This document shows, one piece after another, positions 1 through 9,497 of a DNA stretch of 31,882 nucleotides; the stretch's first letter is position 1, and each line of letters opens with the position of its first letter. The notes under the pieces were generated by a model that did not search any database, had not been told where the DNA came from, and was given only the letters and a program-made list of their open reading frames with translations. This stretch comes from a virus (taxonomy: Duplodnaviria; Caudoviricetes), in the IMG/VR virus record IMGVR_UViG_3300045580_000208, positions 1 through 31,882 of that record; one strand, written 5' to 3'. Both the position numbers and the translations under genes were made by a program.

Positions 1-911
1 GTCGTCAGGTCTCCGCCGCCGGTCAATCCGACCCCTGCCGTCAGCGTGGTGCTGGTGTCGACCTTCGTGGCATCCGAGACCGTGGCGATGGACAGCTGGG
101 GCTTGCCGCCCGCCGTGCCCCATACGAACTGCGCCGAGAGCTTGATCTCCTGCGCTACCCCATTGCTGGCGTTCGACCGACCGAGCAGGGACGAAGCCTC
201 GACATCCTGGATGCTCGAGTAGGAGACCTTCTCGTTCTTCCAAAGCCCAGAGGCGGCGTCGTAGATCAGGGCCTCGTTGTCGAGGGGATTCGGGATCAGG
301 ACATCGTGCAGCTCGTCGAGCTCGGGGTAGTTGATGACCTTGACGAAGATGCTGCCCGCGCCCGCCCCCGCGCTCTTGACGATCCACCCGATGAAGACCC
401 CGTGGTCAGGCTGGGTCGGACGGGTCGTGGTGAACGAGCCTGCCGTGGCGGAAAGCCAGATCGCGTCTCCGGCATTTCCGATGGCGTTTGTCGCGATACC
501 CGTCAGCAAGCCCTCGGTGACGACGAATCCATCGGCTCCGTTGGCGATGTCCTCCCATACGACTCCGAGGGTCTTCGCCGACATGCTCTCGACATTGGCA
601 TCGGCGAGGGCGACCGTGATCTTGTCCACGCCGTTCGATCCCGTGACGTAGACGACCTTTCCCTTCGTCAGGGTCGCGCCCGTGTTGTTGTGGACGAACG
701 AGCGAACGTCGGATCCTGAGATCGGCCTGTAGGCCGCAGTTCCATCGGGAAACTTCCCTAGAACCCACATGCGTCCGGTTCGGAGGCAGGTGATAATCTC
801 GCCATCAGAAACAGAGCCTATTACTAGCGCAAGATCAGGAGTAGGAGCGATTGCAGGAGCTAGGCTTTCTGCCCTGAATGCCTTTGGAATGACTGGTCCG
901 GTCAATGGCAT
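1..911 (-). CDS. Tail fibre/tail-tip associated protein (3' end runs off the window)
   Basis: Not in the ORF track; I translated it by hand from ATG 911 (GGAG upstream): MPLTGPVIPK...VHNNTGATLTKGKVVYVTGSNG...ELDELHDVLI...LIYDAASGLWKN...TLTAGVGLTGGGDLTT. The AGxGLTGGGDL and LxELHDV motifs are typical of phage fibre proteins. The frame is open to the window edge. Confidence 0.75.
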   Translation of the reverse strand, partial: MPLTGPVIPKAFRAESLAPAIAPTPDLALVIGSVSDGEIITCLRTGRMWVLGKFPDGTAAYRPISGSDVRSFVHNNTGATLTKGKVVYVTGSNGVDKITVALADANVESMSAKTLGVVWEDIANGADGFVVTEGLLTGIATNAIGNAGDAIWLSATAGSFTTTRPTQPDHGVFIGWIVKSAGAGAGSIFVKVINYPELDELHDVLIPNPLDNEALIYDAASGLWKNEKVSYSSIQDVEASSLLGRSNASNGVAQEIKLSAQFVWGTAGGKPQLSIATVSDATKVDTSTTLTAGVGLTGGGDLT

Positions 912-924
912 GACATGGTCTCCA

Positions 925-2013
925 TCAGGTCACGATGCCGAGGATCTGCTGCTCCACGGTTTCGGTTGCGTGCGAACCGATCCTCCGCGCGAATGTCAAT
1001 GGATTCACAGGAGATCCGCGAGCGTTGAAGTATTCGTAGAGATTCCTTGAGATACCGGGCTTGTTCGCAAGGTATCCCGGCGTCGAAGGCGACATCGGCT
1101 GCTGCAACGGCTGGTCTCCGACGAGTTCGTTCGGGAACTTCACGGATCCCACGAGGACGCCCATGACTCCGTCTCCCGCAGCCGCGCTGGTCGGCGGCTT
1201 GATCTCGGCGAGGGCGAATGTCCCGCTGTCGTGAAGAAACAACTCGACATCGACCGGAGATTCAGTTCCATCGGGGTTCACCGCCTTGAACAGAGAGCGA
1301 AGGTCGCCGCTGTCGACGTAGCTCTTGACCGACCTCAGTCGGATGATCTTGTGGTTGCTGTCGAGGAGCCACGCCGTCTGTCCGTAGGCGAGGGAGCGCG
1401 CATCGACTGGAATCACTGGCGTCACGCTCGACTGGTCGATGCACTCGAATACAGTAAGGTCGATCGCCATCTGGAATGCGATCGACTGGAAGGTGTCTGA
1501 TCCGAACGGAATGACCTTCTTCGGATCGGCAGCGAATACAAGGTTTCCATTCCGATCAAGCCATCTCATTGATGCCGTGAAAAGGCTGTCAAACCTGCCG
1601 CCAATCAGGTATCCGCCGGAACCGACGAGCCTTCTTGCAGGATCCCTCGCAAAATCGAAATCCCCATAGCAATGCCCGCAGCTGACCGCGAATCCGTCAG
1701 CCAGCATGATGAATGTCATCGGGAACGAGTTGTACCAGACAGGACGCTTCGCCGGATCGGATGGCTGGTTGTACTGGTCATATGGAGCCGTCGCTCCATT
1801 CGATATCCTTGAGCTCTCCGTCTCCATTGTCCGCAGCCGAGCGGAAAGACCGACAAGCGAGTTCCTGTACCCATAGAGCGGACTATTGGGGTTCCAAGCA
1901 TATGGCTGCTTGACAACCTGTGTTCCGGGCTGCGGCAACGTCCATGAGATCGTAAGATCCTGGTAGAGCCAGAGATCCTGAGTCACAGGGTCGTAGGGAT
2001 ATCCGATCAGCAT
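925..2013 (-). CDS. Virion-associated protein with a trypsin-like serine protease signature
   Basis: 362 aa, TGATG-coupled to the upstream gene. Motifs in chymotrypsin order: VSCGHC (His), IDLTVF (Asp), LHDSGTF (Ser). Confidence 0.55.
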   Translation of the reverse strand: MLIGYPYDPVTQDLWLYQDLTISWTLPQPGTQVVKQPYAWNPNSPLYGYRNSLVGLSARLRTMETESSRISNGATAPYDQYNQPSDPAKRPVWYNSFPMTFIMLADGFAVSCGHCYGDFDFARDPARRLVGSGGYLIGGRFDSLFTASMRWLDRNGNLVFAADPKKVIPFGSDTFQSIAFQMAIDLTVFECIDQSSVTPVIPVDARSLAYGQTAWLLDSNHKIIRLRSVKSYVDSGDLRSLFKAVNPDGTESPVDVELFLHDSGTFALAEIKPPTSAAAGDGVMGVLVGSVKFPNELVGDQPLQQPMSPSTPGYLANKPGISRNLYEYFNARGSPVNPLTFARRIGSHATETVEQQILGIVT

Positions 2014-2468
2014 CAGTTCTGGTCCCAGGATCCGCCATATACGCCGTTGACGGATATGTCGTTGATTAGGAAATCAACGGTCGCGAGGATCTGCTGCTGC
2101 GTCGTCGCGCTCGCCACGTCGTTGTTCTGCGTGGCAGACGTTACGCGCCCGAACTGATCCACGGTCACGTTCGCGAAGTTGAATGTGCCAGCGGGCGAGG
2201 GTACGAGCGGAGTCAGTCCGCCGCCGGTCGCGAGCTCGAGCCATGTGTTCGGAAGAGCCGTCAGCGTGAAATACTTCGCCTCCGACTGGACGTACACGAG
2301 CATTCCGATTTTCTTGCGGTCATCCGAGATCGCGCCACGGGCGGTCAGGTCGGCGACGGACATGAGTCCGCCGCGCCCGTACTCGGCGATATGGGTCGGG
2401 TTCGTGTCGGTCGGCTCCGTAGGCGCGATCGGCACTCCGAGCGGGAAGACTGATTCCGTATGTGGCAT
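2013..2468 (-). CDS. Tail fibre-associated protein
   Basis: 151 aa. Has an N-terminal PTH..GRGG..VADLTARGAI..RKKIGMLVYV module and a GTFNFANVTVDQFGRVTSA fibre repeat. Its start and stop overlap both neighbours. Confidence 0.7.
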   Translation of the reverse strand: MPHTESVFPLGVPIAPTEPTDTNPTHIAEYGRGGLMSVADLTARGAISDDRKKIGMLVYVQSEAKYFTLTALPNTWLELATGGGLTPLVPSPAGTFNFANVTVDQFGRVTSATQNNDVASATTQQQILATVDFLINDISVNGVYGGSWDQN

Positions 2469-2656
2469 CAGAAGTTACCTCCGTCTATCTGTTCGCCGTC
2501 CTTGATCCCGCTGACCTCTACGACCGTCCCGTTCGACTTCTTCATGTACATCTTTGCATCAGCGGTGTTGATTGCAAGCTCGCCCGTCGTGAGCTGCGCC
2601 GGCGCGGGAACCGAGCCAGCCGTGGCCGACCTCTTGAGCAGGATCAGGTCAGCCAT
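2468..2656 (-). CDS. Stand-alone Mtd_N/hyaluronidase-N-like fibre attachment domain protein
   Basis: 62 aa, LILLKRSATAGSVPAPAQLTTGELAINTADAKMY, which fits the KR...P..L..GE.A.N...K.Y pattern. Ends IDGGNF. TGATG coupling. Confidence 0.7.
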   Translation of the reverse strand: MADLILLKRSATAGSVPAPAQLTTGELAINTADAKMYMKKSNGTVVEVSGIKDGEQIDGGNF

Positions 2657-5052
2657 CAGTAGGTCCCTCCGTCAAGGCTCTGGTCGAGAGTGAGGGGAGT
2701 CGGGCACTCGCCGTCGATGGCGTTCGTCAGGCAGAAATAGGCGAATGGAAGGCGCGACCTCTGGGCAGGAGAAACCGCTGGGTCCGGAGGATCCCTTTCA
2801 TCGGACCAATACACCATCGCCTGCACGATGACCTCATGCTGGTTCCCGTCCCGATCCTTGCCGATGGGGAGAACGTCGAAGCCCTGCTGTGCGATCGGCA
2901 TCTTGTAGCCAGGAGCGGAGAATGAGGTCGTGTTCGCCAGCTCGGCGAGGTTGTATGCGACTAGGTAATCCTCGGTGCTTGAGCCAGATCCGAAGAAATC
3001 GACGAGCTGACCTGAATATTCAAGTCCAGTAGAAGGGTGTGACGGATATCGCTTGGGGAATGACGAACCACTCCCACCCTGTCCCTTCATCACGACCTTT
3101 GCCTTGTATGCCCATGCCTTGACTCCGGGGTTGAACTGTCCTCCGGTTCCAGTATCCGTGTACAGGCCGATGATCTTGATGAGGCATGGGATGCCGAACG
3201 GCCATGCGACATGCACGCGGGTCTTTCCATCGCTGTCGCGCCATGCCTTTGCAAGACCCGTCGCGCGGATGTCGAGCGGCTTGTCGTCCGCGACGGAGCA
3301 GAAGAGCGGATCCTCGTAGTCGCTCCAGATGCGGGTCGTCGGAAATCCGAATCCATCCTCGTCGGTCTGGAGCCGGAGCTCGATCCACGCCGCTCCAAGC
3401 CAAACCTCATCCGACGCGGGCATCCACCATTTGTTCAGCCAGATGTCGCATGTATTGCTGCGCTTGCGTTCTTCATACTGGGATCTTTCTTCCTCAAAGT
3501 TTTGGGCAAGGTCGATTGGAGAGAGTGGCTTTATTTTTCCAGTCTCATCTAAATGATACCAGCTAGTTGAACCGACTCCACTGTAGATAAGAGACTGTCC
3601 CTGATACCTGTTCCTTTCCTGCCATTCTCGAACAGTAGATGTCGAAGTCAGGTCGATGTACGCGGAAGGGAACTTCTTCAGCGCAATGAATCGCGGCCTC
3701 CACGGAAAATAGAGTCCGTTTGTATCGTCAAAACTCAATGAAACGATGTCATAGGGCTGGAACTCGGAGAATGGAGACGGAAGGAGCTGCTGCGTCTGCG
3801 TATTGAATGATCCTGTACTAAAGTTTGACTCGCCATACGCCGAGATGCCGGTGAAGACCCTCGGTGGTCTTCCATCTGGAATCGACGCCCGATGCGCAAT
3901 CAAAAAAGAGTCATTACTTGCGATTGATTTGTAGATGGGCGCAAGATTTATCATCCTCGGCCATCGACTTGGATATGTCGAAGTAGGGTTGCTGAACTCT
4001 TCGTTTACTACATCTTCCGTATCTATCGCTCCAGCAATGACATTGTCACCATGCCTCGTGAGAAAGTTCCTCAGTTCATCGCCGCGCAAGGGTGAATTGA
4101 TATCGAAGGTTGCAAACCTGTAGCTTCCCTCATAGCCGCTCGCAATGGAACCGTACTGGCGATACGAAATCACCAGATGGCATTCCCTGCATATCTCGTC
4201 GATCACCTCAACGATCGGTCGATGCCTGTCGTAGTTTCCAGATGCAGCTCGAAGGGCATGATTTGGACCTATCGAAAATGTGTCCTGTCGGTATTCTCGA
4301 AAAAACGCATGACTAAATACGTTTCCATCTCCAAGTCCACATCCAAAGGCGGCTTTGCCCTTGAGTAGTTTTTGGACCATAATTCCAGCGGTTCCGGCTC
4401 CGGAAACATCACCTTCATTATGAGATTCAACCCATGAATCTCTGAATGGAGTCTGGTCTGGATATTCAAGTCCGCAGCTCCCTGTGCCGGTTGCGACCCA
4501 CGGGCTGAACGTGAACTTTCGGAACGAGGACCACCACCATCGGTCACACCTGAACTCGACGATGTAGAGCGCCTCGCCCTCATGGACATCGTCCTCGATC
4601 TGATTGCCTAGATCGTCTAGAACTGGATCGCCGTTCTCATCGACTCGCGGGACCTTCTTGACATAGCCATTGCCGGTCACGGCAAGCGGAGTCACCTTCG
4701 CGATGTGCATCCGAGTGAATACCTGACCTTCGTCCGCAGGATCATCCGTGCATCGGAACCAGATGCGGTATTCATTGCTAAACGTGTACTCATAGCTGCC
4801 TTCAGGTATCTTTTCCCCCGAACCCGTCAACGCCAGCATGAGGAGGAGATCGGTGCGCAGCATCAACAGCTTGCACACGGCATGGCGGGACAAGCCGAAC
4901 AACGGCCACTTCATCGAGTTGATGTCGCGGGTCTCGATGTTCTGGTTCCGAATCAGGACCTCGAGCTCGGGCGTGAGCAGTCGGGCATAGGCATTCCTGC
5001 CTTCGCCCTGAGCGTGCCATGCCGTAGTGACCATGATCTCCGGCGTGCTCAT
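2656..5052 (-). CDS. Large tail/baseplate protein (about 798 aa)
   Basis: Start corrected to ATG 5052 (MSTPEIMV), which makes an ATGA overlap with the upstream stop. Lies downstream of the tape measure and ends LDGGTY. Confidence 0.65.
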   Translation of the reverse strand: MSTPEIMVTTAWHAQGEGRNAYARLLTPELEVLIRNQNIETRDINSMKWPLFGLSRHAVCKLLMLRTDLLLMLALTGSGEKIPEGSYEYTFSNEYRIWFRCTDDPADEGQVFTRMHIAKVTPLAVTGNGYVKKVPRVDENGDPVLDDLGNQIEDDVHEGEALYIVEFRCDRWWWSSFRKFTFSPWVATGTGSCGLEYPDQTPFRDSWVESHNEGDVSGAGTAGIMVQKLLKGKAAFGCGLGDGNVFSHAFFREYRQDTFSIGPNHALRAASGNYDRHRPIVEVIDEICRECHLVISYRQYGSIASGYEGSYRFATFDINSPLRGDELRNFLTRHGDNVIAGAIDTEDVVNEEFSNPTSTYPSRWPRMINLAPIYKSIASNDSFLIAHRASIPDGRPPRVFTGISAYGESNFSTGSFNTQTQQLLPSPFSEFQPYDIVSLSFDDTNGLYFPWRPRFIALKKFPSAYIDLTSTSTVREWQERNRYQGQSLIYSGVGSTSWYHLDETGKIKPLSPIDLAQNFEEERSQYEERKRSNTCDIWLNKWWMPASDEVWLGAAWIELRLQTDEDGFGFPTTRIWSDYEDPLFCSVADDKPLDIRATGLAKAWRDSDGKTRVHVAWPFGIPCLIKIIGLYTDTGTGGQFNPGVKAWAYKAKVVMKGQGGSGSSFPKRYPSHPSTGLEYSGQLVDFFGSGSSTEDYLVAYNLAELANTTSFSAPGYKMPIAQQGFDVLPIGKDRDGNQHEVIVQAMVYWSDERDPPDPAVSPAQRSRLPFAYFCLTNAIDGECPTPLTLDQSLDGGTY

Positions 5053-7130
5053 GCGAGGATGTCCTTCGCGCCGAGGCCGGCGGTGTAGGAGGGGCGCAGG
5101 TTCTCGTCCTCGATCGAGGCATAGTCGCCCTGGGTCATGTCCTGCGGCATGGCGAGCTTGTCGGGGAAGAATCGGATCACGCTTGTCGTCACGCCGTTCA
5201 TCACGACCGTCGTTCGATCGAATGCGGGGTTGGTCGGAGATGCTCCCGATGCCGGGATGTCGTCGGGGCACGTCACGACGGTCACGCGGTCGCTCGCCAT
5301 CGACTGATTGCGGTTTCCGTTGAGGTCGCCGTGTCCGCTGTTGACGGCGAACGAGTAGTTCGCGATGTATGCGCCCTTGCCGCCGGCGCGCTCGGGAAGC
5401 ATCCGCTGCGGAGGCTCGTTCATCGTCGTCGCGTCGTGGAAGTCTGTGATCGTGGCGACGGGCATCCTGAACTGCACGAGACGGGTCTTCGGCGTGACTG
5501 ATACGCTCGGTACGGCGAACAGCCCCGTGCTGACATCGACCTTCGACCCTGCCTTCGACTTGTGCGGTCCGCGCCTCGGGAGCGGGAAGTTTCCGTTGGA
5601 TCCACCCGTGTTCGGCGTGGCGTTGCGCTCAAGGTCCTTCCTGTTCACGCCGCCGGAGACCTTGCCGATGATGTTTCCACCCTGACCGACGTACCTGTTG
5701 ATCCGATCATCGGTCTGCCCAAACGCAGCGTCGAACAGACCGTTCGGGAACGAGTAGACGACGGGATTCTGCTCGGAGAGTTGGAGCGTCGTCGGCATCT
5801 GGAACTCGGCGGAGTTGCCGAACTGCATCTTTGTTGCATCGTAGACGCTCGGAGTCACCCTGACGATAAGGGCTCCGCCATACGCATCAGGCTGGAACGC
5901 GGGCACGAACTCGAACGTCCCGTTGTCTGTCTTGAGAGGCGAAAGGATGTTCCGCAGAAGCAGGTAGTCGTCCTTGATCGGCGTGACGCTTCCTGCGGAT
6001 CCTTCTCCCTCGGTGGAGATGGCGGAGAACTCCTGCGAGGAAGTCGCCTTCGCGATGACCTCGAAGGTGATCGCGTTCTCGGAGAGCATGTTCTCCTCTG
6101 TGACGCGGATCTTCATGATGAAGTCCTGCGCCCAGTTGATCCTGTTCTGCGAGAGCCTGATGCAGAGCGTCAGGAGCGCGCCTGCGGTCACGTTCCTGTC
6201 GCCCTTGACCGAGGCGATGAAGTGCTTGATGCCGAGCAGCGCGTTGTCCTCGAGCGAACGCTCGAAGGTGTACGAGCAGTTGCCGACGCGGGCGGGAGCC
6301 GGCAGGCCGCGCGAGAACTCCTGGTCGGTCACGTCGAAGACGAGCCGCGTTCGGCTCTCGTCCATCGCGTATTCCTGCCTCATTCGGCGGAACCCTCGGT
6401 ACAGGTTGCCGCTGACGAACCGGCGGTAGTAGTCGGCGAAGTGTCCGCCGAGCTCGTTCGACGTGATGAAGTCGACGATCACGTCGTTGCGCGCGTAGTC
6501 GCCGACCCTGTACGGATCATCGAACGTCACGCTGTCGGGAGATCCAGCCCTGTCGAATGCAAGTCCGGCGATCCTGAATTGACCTGGCGCATAGAAGTTC
6601 GGCTGCGAGATGATCTGGAGCGAGCCCGTCTTCTTGATCGTCGTCATGCCCATCTCGTCGATGGAGAACGACGCCGTGCAGTAGAACGACTTGATTCGGT
6701 TCATCGGAGCGGAAACCGCCTGCGCGAACTCGACGGTGAAGTTCACCATCAGTGCCTTCGTGCCGGTGATCTGCGTCACGTTTGCTCGGAAGAACGGTCC
6801 ATATCCGTTGTCGGTGACATAGATGTCGCCAGCATTGTTTCCGGCCGTCGTGTCGACGAGCGTGAACTCGTCCTGCCCACTGGTCCCCGTCTCGACCTTG
6901 ATCTTCAGCGACCTGCGAGGGACGTTCAGCTTGTTGACGAGTTCCGCGCAGAAGTTCTGGTTCGACGAGAAATCGCCCGACTTGTTGAAGACGAGCGCCT
7001 CTCCGCTGACCGAATGCAGGAGTACCTTCGACTGCGGTGAATCATGGTTCGCGGGGTTGTCGATCCGGTATTCGGTGATCCGAACCTGATCGAGCGTGAC
7101 GCCGTTGTAGAAGACGGTGGTTGAGCTCAT
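5049..7130 (-). CDS. Tail/baseplate protein (about 693 aa, possibly distal tail)
   Basis: Start corrected to ATG 7130 (MSSTTVFYNGVTL, ATGA overlap). Beta-rich sequence directly after the tape measure candidate. Confidence 0.65.
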   Translation of the reverse strand: MSSTTVFYNGVTLDQVRITEYRIDNPANHDSPQSKVLLHSVSGEALVFNKSGDFSSNQNFCAELVNKLNVPRRSLKIKVETGTSGQDEFTLVDTTAGNNAGDIYVTDNGYGPFFRANVTQITGTKALMVNFTVEFAQAVSAPMNRIKSFYCTASFSIDEMGMTTIKKTGSLQIISQPNFYAPGQFRIAGLAFDRAGSPDSVTFDDPYRVGDYARNDVIVDFITSNELGGHFADYYRRFVSGNLYRGFRRMRQEYAMDESRTRLVFDVTDQEFSRGLPAPARVGNCSYTFERSLEDNALLGIKHFIASVKGDRNVTAGALLTLCIRLSQNRINWAQDFIMKIRVTEENMLSENAITFEVIAKATSSQEFSAISTEGEGSAGSVTPIKDDYLLLRNILSPLKTDNGTFEFVPAFQPDAYGGALIVRVTPSVYDATKMQFGNSAEFQMPTTLQLSEQNPVVYSFPNGLFDAAFGQTDDRINRYVGQGGNIIGKVSGGVNRKDLERNATPNTGGSNGNFPLPRRGPHKSKAGSKVDVSTGLFAVPSVSVTPKTRLVQFRMPVATITDFHDATTMNEPPQRMLPERAGGKGAYIANYSFAVNSGHGDLNGNRNQSMASDRVTVVTCPDDIPASGASPTNPAFDRTTVVMNGVTTSVIRFFPDKLAMPQDMTQGDYASIEDENLRPSYTAGLGAKDILA

Positions 7131-8434
7131 GGACGGTAATCCCACCAGTTGCGCTTGTTCGCTGCCTTGCTCGTGTATGCGGACGATGTGCTGAACCTGC
7201 CAGCGGTCATAACATTCAGATCAGCCTCAAACTGACTGGCGAATGTCGACCTTTGTCCGGCCATCTGCTGCATGACATATGCGTCGTAAATCATCTTCCC
7301 AACGGAATCACCTGGCAGGCCATACCCCCGCATTCCGCCAAATCCGGCGATGATAGCCTGCATGTCGAATCCCATCAGTCCACTCATGAATGTCGCGGCT
7401 GCTCCTCCAAGCGAATACATTTGCGCGCCGATGTTCCCGACAGCCTGCGTGAAAGCCGTGCGAAGCGGCCTGCTCATTGTGATGAACTCGATCTGCGCCT
7501 TCGACATGTTTGCAAAAGAAGAGACCACGCCACGGTTGTTGGCGATCTTCATCTGATCCATGATCTCGGCCATGCGGACGTTCATGTTCATCTGCGCCAT
7601 CGGGACGCTGACGTTGCCCATGCGCTCACGCATCTCTACGGCAAGGCTCGGGACATACCTGACGAAGCTGACGATGGTCCTGATCGCCGTCCCGATCATG
7701 CTGATCGTCGCGATGACCTTGCCTACTCCTGAGACGAGCGCCATGATCGCGCCTTGCTGAGACACAGGCCTTTCAGATTTCTCTGGAATCGGCTTTGGAA
7801 GCATAACCTTGTCAGATCCAGGGATGAACTTTCCCGTCTCAAGGTCATACTTCGACGGAATCCTCATCGCATTCTTGCCCTCTCCCATGATTCCGGAGAT
7901 GCCGCCGAAACCAGAGCTCTGGAGCGAGAAGAAGCCATATCCAGATTGTCGAATGCCTTCTGGAGTCTCAAAACCAAACGGAGTCGGGACCTTTGGCCTG
8001 TTCGCCTCTGCGGCTGAAGGCGGAAGGAGAAGTCCTCTCCTGATCCTGCCCATCGCCCGCATGTGCTCCGCCTGCGCCCGAAGCGGAGAGAACGGACCTT
8101 CGCTCGCATACGAAGGAGAGGCGTATGGCGAGTAGGGTACGATCGCCTTTCGCGGATCGACATGGAACACGCGCTCGACGCCTACGCCTGCTCCCCTGCC
8201 TCCTCGGCTACCGATCCCAGCCTCTCCGCCAAGCGACCGTCCGCCCGTCGCGATGCGGCGAAGCGTGTCCAGGATCGCGCGCACGTTGCCGTTGATCGCG
8301 CCGACGTTGACCTGGATTTGCTTCAGCGTCTCAAGGACGGAGCCCATTCCACTGTCGCCGCCACCGCTTGCGGGATCTCCTCCACCCGCGTCGTAGACCT
8401 GAAAAGTTAGTTGATGTACCGGAATATCCGCCAT
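7127..8434 (-). CDS. Putative short tape measure protein
   Basis: 435 aa, G/A/M/I-rich amphipathic helices (ALVSGVGKVIATISMIGTAIRTIV). Lies downstream of the frameshifted chaperone. Confidence 0.55.
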   Translation of the reverse strand: MADIPVHQLTFQVYDAGGGDPASGGGDSGMGSVLETLKQIQVNVGAINGNVRAILDTLRRIATGGRSLGGEAGIGSRGGRGAGVGVERVFHVDPRKAIVPYSPYASPSYASEGPFSPLRAQAEHMRAMGRIRRGLLLPPSAAEANRPKVPTPFGFETPEGIRQSGYGFFSLQSSGFGGISGIMGEGKNAMRIPSKYDLETGKFIPGSDKVMLPKPIPEKSERPVSQQGAIMALVSGVGKVIATISMIGTAIRTIVSFVRYVPSLAVEMRERMGNVSVPMAQMNMNVRMAEIMDQMKIANNRGVVSSFANMSKAQIEFITMSRPLRTAFTQAVGNIGAQMYSLGGAAATFMSGLMGFDMQAIIAGFGGMRGYGLPGDSVGKMIYDAYVMQQMAGQRSTFASQFEADLNVMTAGRFSTSSAYTSKAANKRNWWDYRP

Positions 8435-9234
8435 CAGCCGATCTCCAGTCTGTACGACAGGCTAGTTGCCGTCGTCGGGTAAGCCCTGCGGTATCGGTAG
8501 TACGTCACACCGTCCTGCACGACGGTTCCCGTGGCGGGACCGCTCGGCGGCAGGAAGCCCGAGTGGTAGAACGGCTCGAGCCCCTGCGCGGTCTTGAACG
8601 TCACGCCGCGCGCATGGATGTCCTGCGGGATCAGGAACCACGCATAGGCGCTCGAGGTCCCCGAACGGTTCACCGATGTCGTGAAGTTCAGCGACCCGTT
8701 GTGGAACGACTCGCTCGGAAGGTCGCCCCATGCTGGCTGCGTTGCGCTGTAGCCGAACTTCATCGCACCGGCGACAGGCCACGCAATGGCATACGAGCAG
8801 ACGAAGATGTCCGTGGCGGAAAGGTGTAGGCGAGCTCTTGGCTCAAGCCTTACGGGACCACTTGAAAGAAATCTGATCGGAACTTGGAGGATTCCGCCGA
8901 GCTCGTGCTGGATCAGCGCGCTCCTGATGGCTCCCTGGCGCTCGATGACGCCGTGATCCTCGCCGGCGAGCTGGCGGCTCTGCTTGATGTCGTTGTCCGA
9001 TGCCATTCGGACGAACGTGGTGACAGCGAACCGCTCCGTGATGAATCCGAGTCCAGTTCGATTCATCTCGTTCGTTGCGCCTGCAACGACAGGAGAAATC
9101 TGGATTACAAAATCCATAGCCTCGGTGAAGCGCGACTCGTTCGTCAGGTAGACGCGGCTTTCCGGCAAGTCAAGAGCATCGACTAGCCTTGCGCGGAGAG
9201 CGCGGTAGAGCTGTGCCTGCGTGATAACGATCAT
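8434..9234 (-). CDS. Putative tail terminator/completion protein with a C-terminal beta-rich extension
   Basis: 266 aa. The N-terminus (LYRALRARLVDAL...VYL...IQISP) resembles tail-terminator patterns, followed by about 110 extra aa (AYAWFLIP...GVTYYRYR). ATGA and TGATG coupling. Confidence 0.45.
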   Translation of the reverse strand: MIVITQAQLYRALRARLVDALDLPESRVYLTNESRFTEAMDFVIQISPVVAGATNEMNRTGLGFITERFAVTTFVRMASDNDIKQSRQLAGEDHGVIERQGAIRSALIQHELGGILQVPIRFLSSGPVRLEPRARLHLSATDIFVCSYAIAWPVAGAMKFGYSATQPAWGDLPSESFHNGSLNFTTSVNRSGTSSAYAWFLIPQDIHARGVTFKTAQGLEPFYHSGFLPPSGPATGTVVQDGVTYYRYRRAYPTTATSLSYRLEIG

Positions 9235-9497
9235 CTTCCGAACCCCGACTTCTGCTTCATCGCCTCGATCTTCATCTTGGCGATGTCCTTTGCGGATCCG
9301 CCGCAGTCCTTGATGAGGTCGGCGTTCGCGTCGGCGGATAGGCAGGCGGCGATACCCCGTGCGAACATCGCGCTCTGGACAGCCAACGCGGTGCGGATGT
9401 TCTGGAATAGTCCCACTGCCTCCTCCTCGTTCTTGCAGGCGCTAGGCGGGAACCCGTAGGCGGCGGCGAAGAGCGCAGCCGCCTTTAGGCGTTTCCC
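9231..9497 (-). CDS. Tail assembly chaperone C-terminal extension (gpT-like), reached by -1 frameshift
   Basis: The -1 frame continues GKRLKAAALFAAAYGFPP...KQKSGFGR straight from the slippery site. Its stop overlaps the next ATG. Confidence 0.75.
   Translation of the reverse strand, partial: GKRLKAAALFAAAYGFPPSACKNEEEAVGLFQNIRTALAVQSAMFARGIAACLSADANADLIKDCGGSAKDIAKMKIEAMKQKSGFGR

Noticed and set aside
1-2656. Diversity-generating retroelement suggested by the Mtd_N-like domain
   Set aside because: No reverse transcriptase or TR/VR repeat pair in the window. Mtd_N is a generic fibre attachment domain.
5053-5271. N-terminal extensions in the ORF track (also 10816-11061, 14054-14143, 25871-26089, 26077-26556, 31290-31463)
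   Set aside because: They overlap upstream genes or regulatory DNA. Downstream starts give ATGA/GTGA coupling or a cleaner protein N-terminus.
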